DNA of 63,547 nt, the filler included, from Rhabdomonas costata (taxonomy: Eukaryota): assembly GCA_019059605.1 (NCBI GenBank). It is 49 parts of 49 records of this genome, joined end to end, with 100 filler letters (N's around TTAATTAATTAA, not from the genome) between each part and the next. Parts side by side here need not be neighbours in the genome. Positions count along the whole stretch, not along the records: positions 50,664 to 51,859 come from JAHMHO010023942.1; positions 51,960 to 53,157 come from JAHMHO010023943.1; positions 53,258 to 54,456 come from JAHMHO010023944.1; positions 54,557 to 55,755 come from JAHMHO010023945.1; positions 55,856 to 57,054 come from JAHMHO010023946.1; positions 57,155 to 58,352 come from JAHMHO010023947.1; positions 58,453 to 59,651 come from JAHMHO010023948.1; positions 59,752 to 60,950 come from JAHMHO010023949.1; 41 more parts are not named here. The stretch is one strand, 5' to 3'. Under the pieces are notes generated by a model. The model made no database searches. It saw nothing but the letters and a program-made list of their open reading frames with translations, and was not told the DNA's origin. A program made the translations under genes and the position numbers. Shown here piece by piece: positions 51,455 through 62,349 of the stretch (position 1 is its first letter; every line of letters starts with the position of its first letter).

Positions 51455-51959
51455 CTGAACCCCAGCACAGCCACACACTGACAACAACACCAACGATAAC
51501 AATGAGAACCGTACCCGCTGGTAACGGCTACCAGTGGTGATAGTTACCAGTGGTGGAGAAGTGGGCTGTTGTATTTTTTGGGGTGCGTGCTAAAGGATTA
51601 GCGCCGTTAAATAGTAAAAATTTTTTAAAACTTAAAAAATCGGCATCTACGGGGCAGTAGAACAGTATTCCCTACGCCTTTTGGGAAAAACAATCAATCA
51701 TCATCTAATAAATACAGACACACTTAACCTAACCCCCGTGCTCGGGGAACTAACTACAGAAAAGGGAAAATATTTTGTGTTAAACACTGTAAACCGCTAT
51801 TAAAGAATAAAAGTCAAATGTCTGCATGATCCCCAGCCCCATGGCACGACCCCACCACANNNNNNNNNNNNNNNNNNNNNNNNNNNNNNNNNNNNNNNNN
51901 NNNTTAATTAATTAANNNNNNNNNNNNNNNNNNNNNNNNNNNNNNNNNNNNNNNNNNNN

Positions 51960-53147
51960 TGTAGAACTTGGAAACCCGCGGAAACATGTGACGCGGCCTT
52001 GGGTTTGTGGTCCTTGCTGTAAATCATTCCTCTTTCAGTCTTCTTCCTTGGTGGAGGGGGGAAGTATTCACTTGGCATATCCCTACTTCGGAAACCCAAT
52101 AAAAATGAACCATACCGATAAACAGATGGAGAAAAAGGATAAAGGATTTTTTATCGGGTAGATATTCGCTTTACGCTAAATGTTCATTGAGTACTCCGGG
52201 CTGCTATTTTTTTTTTAGGTTGTGTCGGAACCCGGGCTGCGGTTCGAGCACGGGCTACTATTTGAGCCCGGGCAACTATTTGAACATTTGCGGAATTAAG
52301 AATCAAGGAAACCCAAAACAAGAAACAAAAGAAAGGTGTCACCCATCACCCCTGGACGCTCAACAAAACCACACCACAAAACCGAAGCAGGCTGCCTGGA
52401 GTGCACACTTGCACCCTCGCGGGTACGTGCTTACCGCACCCACTGAGTTCAGCCGTGGCGTTGCAGAGAAGGCGCTTTGAAGCCACTGCCGTCCTCTCCG
52501 GTTTCCAATTTTCGTTCTCCGTTCACTGAGGGATCACCCAAGCTGTGGTCCAGGCTTCAGCTCACCGAAACCGGCGCGAGGTGATTTCCCTCTCATTTTT
52601 TGTCTGTACGGCTCCTGTGCTTTTGCTGTACATACGTGAGGGGTCAGCCAATGACTCCAATACTTTTCGTTTCTGTAGAACTTGGAAACCCGCGGAAACA
52701 TGTGACGCGGCCTTGAGTTTGTGGTCCTTGCTGTAAATCATTCCTCTTTCGGCCTTCTTCCTTGGCGGAGGAGGGGAAGTATTCACTTGGTATATCCTTA
52801 CTTCGGAAACCCAATAAAAATGAACCATACCGATAAACAGATGGAGAAAAAGGATAAAGGATTTTTTATCCGGTAGATATTCGCTTTACGCTAAATGTTC
52901 ATGGAGTACTCCGGGCTGCTATTTTTTTGAGGTTGTGTCGGAACCCGGGCTGCGGTTCGAGCCCGGGCTACTATTTGAGCCTGGGCAACTATTTGAACAT
53001 TTGCGGAATTAAGAATCAAGGAAACGCAAAACAAGAATCAAAAGAAAGGTATCACCCATCACCCCTGGACGCTCAACAAAACCACACCACAAAACCGAAG
53101 CAGGCTGCCTGGAGTGCACACTTGCACCCACGCGGGTACGTGCTTAC
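51960..53147. repeat. Tandem direct repeat with a 714-bp period (about 1.7 copies visible)
   Basis: TGTAGAACTTGGAAACCCGCGG starts at both 51960 and 52674. About 475 nt align with scattered substitutions and small indels. Confidence 0.95.
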
Positions 53148-53265
53148 CACACCCACANNNNNNNNNNNNNNNNNNNNNNNNNNNNNNNNNNNNNNNNNNN
53201 NTTAATTAATTAANNNNNNNNNNNNNNNNNNNNNNNNNNNNNNNNNNNNNNNNNNNNGGGGTGGG

Positions 53266-53399
53266 TTGCATGTGCCCATGAACCCCTGCGTGTTAGCCAG
53301 GAAGGTCCAGCTGATGCACCCCGGGGAGGTGAAGCAGAAACTGCAGCAATCCATGTAAGTCATGAAGACTTTAGTCGGGACCTCGGGGAGGTTGCAGGT
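53266..53399 (-). CDS. PAN/Apple-like Cys-rich extracellular domain exon
   Basis: DCCSFCFTSPGCISWTF...GTC matches the PAN CCxxCxxxxGCxxWT...C pattern. Confidence 0.65.
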
Positions 53400-54569
53400 C
53401 TGATGAGAAAGCGCTTGGCAGGTGGCGCCTGAGAAAAGGACAGATATGTACACGCGAGAACGCAATCCGATATGTTTACACTCACAGGCGAACGTTTCTC
53501 GGAGTTAGGCTCGAGGTCCTCTTCTTCCACGTTCCTGTTGAGCTCCCCACACTCCAGCCCCAGCCCTCATCTCCGGCTGCTCCGTCCACTTCTGTGCCTT
53601 TGGTTGTGCCCATGCCACTTTCGCTTCGTCGCGCCTTGACACCTTCGGTGTGAAAGCCTTCGGTGTGAAAGCCAAATCGGAATCAGGAGGTATCATCATC
53701 ATCATCGACAAAACCACTAGTAACAGTAAGAACCAAAGAGATGGAGGGAAGTGAGAATGAAAAAGGGATGTATCAATACCTGATCCATCCCCTGTCGGCT
53801 GGCCAACCTTGTTGGCCACCTCCTTAGGCTGAGGAGCTGGCGTTGGGGGCACAAAATAGCCAAGCAAGGGAGAAAGCAAGGATCCTTGTTTAGACAATTG
53901 TGGTCCGACATTTTTTCGCAACATTTTTACATACATAATCCCTTTTTTGGAATGACAATAGTGTTTCTGCATATTGGCGTTATTGGATACCAAAGGGAAG
54001 AACCCGAGGAAAGTGCACCCGACGATGTTTAGCATGTTATTATGTCACATTTCCATGTTCTGGCACGTTTCCCGAAAAATTGACCCTTGCCATCATGTTT
54101 TTGAAGCCTGTCCGCTTAGGACATTCTGGAAACGAAACCTCATCGGATACCTCCTCGTGGAAAGATCCCGAATTAAGTTTAAATTTTTACTATGGTGAGA
54201 AAAGGGCTACCTTGACTATGGTGAAGAAAGCAAAGTGTTGTCGCAAAAAAGCCATGGCCATCCATCTTAACCTCAGTCATCCGGCGATCTTTTTTCATAG
54301 CTAAGGAAAAGAGAAGAGAAGCCCAACGCCAAACCTACCCTAGGCACAAAAGCCTCAGCATTCCTTTCTTACCTTGATGAGCCCCTTCCACTGGGGGCTT
54401 CAGCACCGCGCCCTGCACCAGCGGCGTCACAAGCGCAAGCACCGCCACCACCCACANNNNNNNNNNNNNNNNNNNNNNNNNNNNNNNNNNNNNNNNNNNN
54501 TTAATTAATTAANNNNNNNNNNNNNNNNNNNNNNNNNNNNNNNNNNNNNNNNNNNNTGTTTGTTTGTGA

Positions 54570-54965
54570 TTCCGGCCCTGGCTGCGGTTCCCCCAGTGCC
54601 GGGGAGCTCAGAACAGTGACGCTCAGTGCAGGGGACGGTAGGTGAACCGCGGGGTAGGTGACATCCATGGGCGCCGGAGACGTGACACGACTTCCATCGA
54701 GAGAGTTCGGGCTTCCAGGGAGGTCGGCCCGACCTTTGCAGGAATCAATGGACAGCCATGTCCGCCCGCTGCAGGGCTGGTACTCAGGGGCGATCACCGC
54801 CTGGAGGGGCTGGGGCTGTTTTGCCAGCCATTCAGCCCAAGTGGCAGAGAACCCGGGAGTCTCCAGCAGACCTTCATACCATCGGCAGAAGTGGCTCAGG
54901 CGGTGGCGGAACCTCCGAAACAGGGCCTGGAACTCCACGTTGCGCTGCCGAAGCAGCTCGAAAAC
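54570..54965 (-). CDS. Exon with weak GST-C-terminal-like segment plus Pro/Ser-rich tail
   Basis: After cag acceptor: VFELLRQRNVEFQALF...LSHFCRWYEGLLETPGF. Confidence 0.4.
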
Positions 54966-55869
54966 CTGCAGGGCAACAGCCAAAAAGTGAGTGAAAACGC
55001 AATCTCTCCGAGCCAGGCAACAAGAAAAGGTAACTTGTCATCATTCAATTGAGTGCATTTTTTTTGGGGGGGGGGATAAGCAATGAGTTCGCACGTGGAA
55101 GTTCAGTGGAAGGTCACGCACACCTCCCCTGAGAGAAACTGGACAACTGAGAAAGGAATCTGAAATATCGAGGGAAAGCCAGCCACGCGAATGTCAGAGA
55201 AATTCTAAAAACTGCAACGGCCGTTACGTAATAAACCGCCATTTACTGACAGCTCAAAAAGCAACGACATCGTTGCTGGCACACCGGCGTGCAGGCGGCG
55301 GCGTGCCAGCCTAAAGGTCTCTCTCTCTCTCTCTCAAAATAAAGTAGGCCGGAAAGCTCAAGAAGCAAACCTGCTTCGGTACATGCAAAAGTACTTCTGG
55401 GCTCTACCCTTTCGTAGCAGCTAGGCAAAAAGTGTGGGCTCAACATACAGGCCTGCAAAGGCCTAAAAAAGGGCCCTGGAAAAATTTTCAAAAAATCGAA
55501 AATGTCCCCCGGCGATTGGTGAGATTCCGGAGGTGAGGGTCTGGAAGGAACCCACAACCTCGGTAACAAAAAGAACTGTTCACGGCACCGCGAGCAAGAC
55601 GCACCAGAACATCCACCATGGAATACTCCCCGGGGACCATCACGGCCTGCTTCCTGGTGTGAAGCTCCAGTGTGAGCAAAACCTTCATCATCGGGACACC
55701 CTTCCATGCCCTTTTTTAGGCCTTTGCAGGCCTGTATGTTGAGCCCACACACACCNNNNNNNNNNNNNNNNNNNNNNNNNNNNNNNNNNNNNNNNNNNNT
55801 TAATTAATTAANNNNNNNNNNNNNNNNNNNNNNNNNNNNNNNNNNNNNNNNNNNNGGGTGTTGTTGATA

Positions 55870-56970
55870 ACTCGGTAGGGCGCTTGCCGAGTGGAATCTT
55901 CCTCCCCAGCAGTCCACCATCGGCACGTCGCTACCGCAAGTACATTGTTGGGATGCCGTTCCTGGGCCCACGTCAGGCACTGCTGAGCGAACAGTAGGGC
56001 ATTCACACTGCCCGCACCGATCAGCCCGTTGGCCGCAATCAGAAACGCGTCGGGCTCATTCAGAATGCCCATGTGCTTCTCCAGCATCGCTCGGTAGGAC
56101 TGCTCCCAGGCCTCATCTCGAGACACCGTGGCGCCGAACGCCATCTCGATAACATCTGGGAAGAAGTGACAGTTCCCAGATGTTAAGTTGTGTTCGTAGA
56201 GACTGGTTTTCACATGAGAAAGTAGAGTTCGTAGAGAACCAAGGAAATGCGAAGACGCACACCTGAACACGGTAAGATCAACCTTCGCTTCTTCCTTCGC
56301 TTAAAGTACATGACCAGGATGGCAGCCGAGATAATAGACACACCAGCGGTGACGGAAACTACAATGGTCGTCGATAACGATTCGGAACCTATGCACGTAA
56401 GCGGGGACCATGGGGAATGAGCCCTAAAATCATTCATTTTCAACTTTGCACGTGATACTACGCAACATCTAAGCAAACAAATCTTCCTTGAGAAGCATAG
56501 AAATTTCTGACACGGCTCACCCAAAAAACGATGAAATAAAAATATGTGAACGTAGGCCTCCCTAAAAGTTGGGGGTCTCACTTCCTCGGCTGGACTGCTT
56601 CGCATTGTGTGGGTCTTTGGGTCCTTTATAAGAGGCTTACGGAACACAAGCGCACAGTTGATGAAGTACTGATTTTGAGTGCCTGAGTGTCTGCAAAAAC
56701 ATGCAAAGATATACACCACTTGTATTAGAGGGCTTTCCGCTCTGGTATACTTTGTTCGCGGAAAAAATTGAACGCCCTGTTCTGCACGAGGAGCGAAGCG
56801 GACGAGTACCGCAGGACAAGGTGTTGCAAGGGAACTGCAGGGTTGCTCCGTTGGAGTAGGGGCAGGCGTAAACCGTGGCGGGGTCGGTGATGACAAACGT
56901 AGCAATGGAGAAGCCCGTGCCGCAGCTCGCAGAGCACGTCCCGTTGTGGAACGATCCTCGGCAAGCGGCT
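55870..56970 (-). CDS. Single-pass membrane protein fragment: Cys-rich exon, TM exon, helical cytoplasmic exon
   Basis: Three same-strand exon-like segments: GTCSASCGTG...PCNTLSC (TSP1-like), TTIVVSVTAGVSIISAAILVMYF followed by KRRKKRR, and DVIEMAFG...AQQCLTWAQERHP. Boundaries approximate. Confidence 0.6.
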
Positions 56971-58508
56971 GTTTCCCGACCGTACAAAAAACGTTGAAAG
57001 TGTGGTCGAATAGAGATTAACGATGTAAACGACTAAAAAGAAGTCCCCAAACAANNNNNNNNNNNNNNNNNNNNNNNNNNNNNNNNNNNNNNNNNNNNTT
57101 AATTAATTAANNNNNNNNNNNNNNNNNNNNNNNNNNNNNNNNNNNNNNNNNNNNGTTCTTTATCGCTAATGGGACTATTTTCGGTGCTCCTCAGGGCGGG
57201 TTTTTGGGGGATTTTTTTTGGGGGGATTCCCTTTCCTCCCATCTGGCTGTCCTTCGTGAGCTCTCTCCGTCCCCAAGCGGGTTTGCTACAATCGATGTGG
57301 AGGTTGATTTTTTGTGTTTCTGTTTTGCATTCCTTTTTTGCGGCAGGGTTGCGTTCAGACTCATGGGCAGAAAAGTGTTTTCGAGCTCACGCTACCCCCA
57401 ACGAGCTCTGTCGCTTTTTTTGGTCGTAGATTTCGGAAAACCGAGTTATCAGTCAAACTAGAGTGTTTTTCTGTTTTGACCACACACACACACACCTGTT
57501 TAATAGTTTCTGATTTTTTGATTTGAACCGAGGTGTGGTGATGGCCAGTGGCTGCTGGATGGGCGCGAGCCCTCCCCCTCCCCCGCTTTCATGCGACGGT
57601 GTGCCCTGCGCTTTGTTTCAGGACACACCGGATTCATGATTTCTGCCTGCATTGTGGGATTTGCGGAGTTCCCTCCCACACCTCCTTTTTCTTGCGGGAA
57701 CCGTGACAGACAGCTGAACAGGTACGCGTGATCGTCTATCACTGAAAACTGGTATGAGTTTTGGACGGTCGTCACCACACACGTGTAAATATTGCACCTG
57801 AGGTCTTACAAAGGAAAAAATGCGCGGGCGTTTATTCTTTTTGTTGACCAATCCACATTTTAGTTCTGTGCATTGTCTCTTGTATCCGAAATTGATCCAA
57901 CACTTTCCTTCTCATGGGCAAAAGAGGCGGGTAGTGCGACACATGGCAAATGTTACTATGGAAAAATAAAGTTCTGACGTTGTGACCTTGGTGACGACAA
58001 AACGCTGCTGTATAGCTTTGATTTGTAACTCAGTGGTCACCCCACGACACCGATACGTGGAGGAAACGACTCTGGAAAAAATACTTAAGTCTCCCTTGTT
58101 TTAAGAACTGTATGTTGTTACCCGAATGTTAGAGTGAGTATATTAATTGAAACCAGCATGTTTCATGTTGTGACAGGTGCGCATTGGATGTATCGACAAC
58201 AGCTAAGCTGGTACGATGTCTAATGTTGTAACCTTTGGCATTATTGGAAGGCTGCTACCTATCTTTATGTTCATGCTTATCGTACACCGTCGTATTTTGT
58301 GTTCCTCAGTCTTCGTCTCTTGGACGGGTTCTTGAGCTCCCGACCCCCAACANNNNNNNNNNNNNNNNNNNNNNNNNNNNNNNNNNNNNNNNNNNNTTAA
58401 TTAATTAANNNNNNNNNNNNNNNNNNNNNNNNNNNNNNNNNNNNNNNNNNNNGGGTTGTGGGGAAACCGACAGTACGGAAAGCTCCAGGCGACTCAACAG
58501 ATGCGGAC

Positions 58509-58901
58509 CTCCACAGATCGCCTGCCCAGGGCGTTCACACTTCGCACCCCTCCATTGCCGGCGTCCCAAGACACCAGCCACAGCACCAGCGCCGGCGCCA
58601 GGGTAAATACACACATCGTCATAAGGATGACGACTTTCAGGGGCACCCTTAGCTTTGACTTGCCAGGGGTCTCCTGGGCAGGAAAGGGCTCTGCCCAGGC
58701 CCGTGCGGACTCCAGCGCGCAGTGCTCCGCCACTGCGGTGGACCCAAAGATGAGGGACCGCTCTACGGCAGGGGTGGTGAGGGTGAGGGTATGAAGGGAT
58801 CCGCCGTTTACTTCGCCCCCAGACCCCGCGCTCAGCGCGTCCGTGGGAGGCTCCAGTACCCTTTGCAAATGACTTGCAAATGATGAAGGAGCCGCCTCCA
58901 T
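58509..58901 (-). CDS. N-terminal exon with first TM helix of a receptor-like membrane protein
   Basis: ATG at 58901; LRVPLKVVILMTMCVFTLAPALVLWLVSW helix; GAG|GT donor. The layout resembles the TM1 of Cache-type sensors (inference). Confidence 0.55.
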
Positions 58902-61050
58902 AATGAGAAATCCTCCAGATAGGTTTCAAATTAGATGGAACGCAGTTGGAGTAGCGGACCTACCAAAAAGCGCCGCGCACCGCCAGCGCCGGCGTCCGGA
59001 AAACCTTCCAACGCGTTCCCGAGCGCTGGCCACAGATCTCGGGTGAGAGGGCCAGCGAGGACAAGAAGAGGAAAAATAAGCAGAAAAGGACACCACAAAA
59101 AGATAAAAGGAAAAGAAAAAGGAAAAAGAGAAAAAGAAAGAGAAAGCACTTTTCAAGCAAAAGTCATAAATAGGAAGCTGTAACGAATTATGACATATAC
59201 ATAGGACATGATTTTTCCGCATCGCCATTATATTGTCTATTCTACGCATTACTCGTCGGTGCTCAGGTCGGCGACCGGGCTGGTTTTTGGGGCCCAGAAC
59301 CCCACTTGCACGAGCCGGCTGGGTCGTCTCTCAGAACGTCGGCACACTGCCATGACCCCGGGCCCGGAGATCGTCCCAGCCCAGCGGGAGGCTGAGGCGC
59401 GCACTGTCCCCGTTTATTTTCCAGCTGCCCCCAGGCATGGCATTCATCAGCGACTTTGGAGGCCCGAATGCGGGAGAAGGCGCGCACTGCGCGGGGGAAC
59501 CTGTGCAGACGGCCAAACAACCCGCCCTCGGGGGCGTGCACTCTGTAACCGTGCAGAGACTAACCCCAAGGAAGGTGCGACCCGTATTCTTGGCATTGTT
59601 GCCTTTCGTTTCGGCCACGCCACGCTGCAGAAAGAATTCCGCCAACACAAANNNNNNNNNNNNNNNNNNNNNNNNNNNNNNNNNNNNNNNNNNNNTTAAT
59701 TAATTAANNNNNNNNNNNNNNNNNNNNNNNNNNNNNNNNNNNNNNNNNNNNGTGTGTGGTGTGTAGAGGAGGAAAGGAACGAGCGTAGCGAGTGGAGTGA
59801 CGACCTAGTGAGCGTAACAGTGAAGCGGTGGAGCGAACCATCAAAGGAGGAAGCATGCGAATACCTGAATCCTTCCATCCTGACGACGTACAACATACGC
59901 TGTGAACATGAGGACATTGAGGAGCGCAGCGACGAAAGGACAAATGTGAACCGTGATCGAAAGAAAGAGGAGCAAGGAACGTAGCAAAGCGAAGTAAAGA
60001 AGCGAACAAGAACAGGAGGAGCGAAGCGACGACCAAGTGATACAAAAGAAGGAACAGGAGACACGAGCGCAGTGAGAGTCGAGTGTGACGTCAAGAAGAA
60101 GGAACATGAACAGGAGCGACATCGACCGGAGGGAGAGGAGCGAGTGTGAATGTGACCCGGTGACCGTAACCAACTTATGGTGGTGGAGGGAACTATGCAT
60201 ACCCTCTTACACTCTTCACTACTCTTCTGAGTTCTGAGTGAACGTACCGCGTAGCGGGGAGTGAACGAACAATGCATCTTGGATGAGGGACACGACCGTA
60301 TGGAATGTCACGACCACCATCACTCTCTTAATGGTAGGCCTCACTCCGTGAGACCTCTCACCTCTCTCAACTACACGTGTCTCTCCACATCCCTCCACCA
60401 CCATAAGGTGCTTGCGGGATGCTCCGACCGGGCGTAGCCGGAGCACAGAATACCAGTGGATGTTGAAGGCTTAGAGTCACAAAGGCATGCCGGAGTAGTG
60501 GATAGAAGTGAAGGGCATCGTAGATAGAGGGTTCTTTCTTCACTCCTTAATACCTGGTAGGAATGCCAACACAATGCCCTAACTCACCACATCAACCCCT
60601 CCAGCATGAACCCCTCAGAAGCGTAAACACAGCACTAGGAACACCAACACACAACAAGCAATGCCAACACCCCAACATCCCCTGACACCTGAAGCCATCA
60701 ACTGCACACACAAACACTGCACTAACACAAGAAGCACCAACACACTACTCTCCAACTTCAACACCTCCTCACAAACACAAACAGATCCAGGAATACCAAC
60801 GTCACTAGAAGCAGGAACAAACGCACGACTAACACTAACACCAGGAATGCAGGAGCCACGAACCACCACATGAACTACACTAGAAGCAACATCAGGAACC
60901 ACTACATCACTACCGCTAGATACAGAGACAGCAACAGGGAACCCAAAACCNNNNNNNNNNNNNNNNNNNNNNNNNNNNNNNNNNNNNNNNNNNNTTAATT
61001 AATTAANNNNNNNNNNNNNNNNNNNNNNNNNNNNNNNNNNNNNNNNNNNN

Positions 61051-62248
61051 GACCGGATCTTTGTCCTCCTCGGCCACACCAACGGTATCCGTATCTTTCT
61101 CACAGTCTCCTACATCAAGCGCGAGTAAGTCCCTGTCCTTGACGACCTCTACGACCGGCAGCTCTTCGATCAGCTCACTTCCAAGCACATCCTTTTCCAG
61201 AACTTCCTCAGCTTCACAGTCAAAATCTTTCACCCCGTCAATGTCATCTTCCATATCTTCATCTTTTTCGCGGACATGGTCAGGAAGCATTTCCAGTTCT
61301 GTTTTGAAGACACTCACTGGAACAACCTCGAATTCATGGACTCCTTCGCGAATTATCACACGCTCATCTACCGCTTCAGTAACTCCGTCGAATTCCGAGT
61401 CTTCCTCTTTATCGATGAGTCATTCTTTGAGCGTCAGCACGACTCTTTCGGGATCTCCCACATATTCCTTCACTGGCACATCTTCATCCTCTGAGACTCG
61501 TACGATCTCCAAGACGGGCTCTTGGACCTCTCCCACATTTTCGATAACCCCTTCCTCCACAGGATCCACCACTTCCTCTGCAACAGGTTCCGTTTCTCGG
61601 ACACCATCTCGCTCGCCTTCATGCCTCCTTTCCACAACCGATACGCAGTCTCTGTCCCTTACCAGGTCCGGCAGCCGTTCCATGTCTCCCACGCGTTTCC
61701 CCTCCGGCACGGTTTCCCGGTCGGCCTCCTTCTCACGCAGTGCATCGGCAAGTTCTTCACTTAGGGTCACACACACCAAAACGCAAACCTGCACCTCAAG
61801 CCCTTCTCTGTCGTTCACACGCACCTTCACCCCGCTTGCATCGCATACAATTTCTGCCACGATGTCACAGACCTCGCGTACGCTTACTTCCAGCATTTCG
61901 CAGAGTCGGAGTTGTACCGCTGTATTGTCATTTTCACCTTCCGATACTACCACAAAAACACGGTCTGTGTCGGAGAGTCGTACGTACTCATTGACAACGA
62001 CACATTCGTGTGAACGCAGCCGCTCCTTCACCGTTTCTTCTTCCCCTTCGGCAACTCAAACGCTGACGTCTCACTCGATCTCTCTTTCCCGAACCCGAAC
62101 GCACTTTCGTAGCCTGTCGTTCTCCTCAAGTGCGAGCCCTACGCACTTTATCTCTCCATCATTTTCTCTCACCAAAACGAGTTCCTTGACGAGGTCTGCA
62201 ACTACAGCTAGTCGCTCCCTGACAAGTTCCATCTCAGAAACAAACACC
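61051..62248 (+). CDS. Ser/Thr-rich mucin-like surface-protein fragment, open across the whole contig
   Basis: About 400 uninterrupted codons of SxSxTxS pattern with diverse codons, so not a simple DNA repeat. Confidence 0.8.
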
Positions 62249-62349
62249 NNNNNNNNNNNNNNNNNNNNNNNNNNNNNNNNNNNNNNNNNNNNTTAATTAA
62301 TTAANNNNNNNNNNNNNNNNNNNNNNNNNNNNNNNNNNNNNNNNNNNNG

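Noticed and set aside
51960..53147. 5S rRNA, tRNA or U1 snRNA within the tandem repeat
   Set aside because: No 5S or tRNA signature seen. CTTACC near 52430 is more simply a minus-strand GGTAAG donor-like site.
53505..54300. Possible BED zinc finger or transposase remnant (NNANMQKHY)
   Set aside because: The cysteine pair and catalytic motifs are not identifiable; too weak to call.
61420..62031. 203-aa antisense Val/Glu/Asp/Arg-rich ORF (also 61003-61359)
   Set aside because: Expected shadow frame of Ser/Thr codons on the plus strand.
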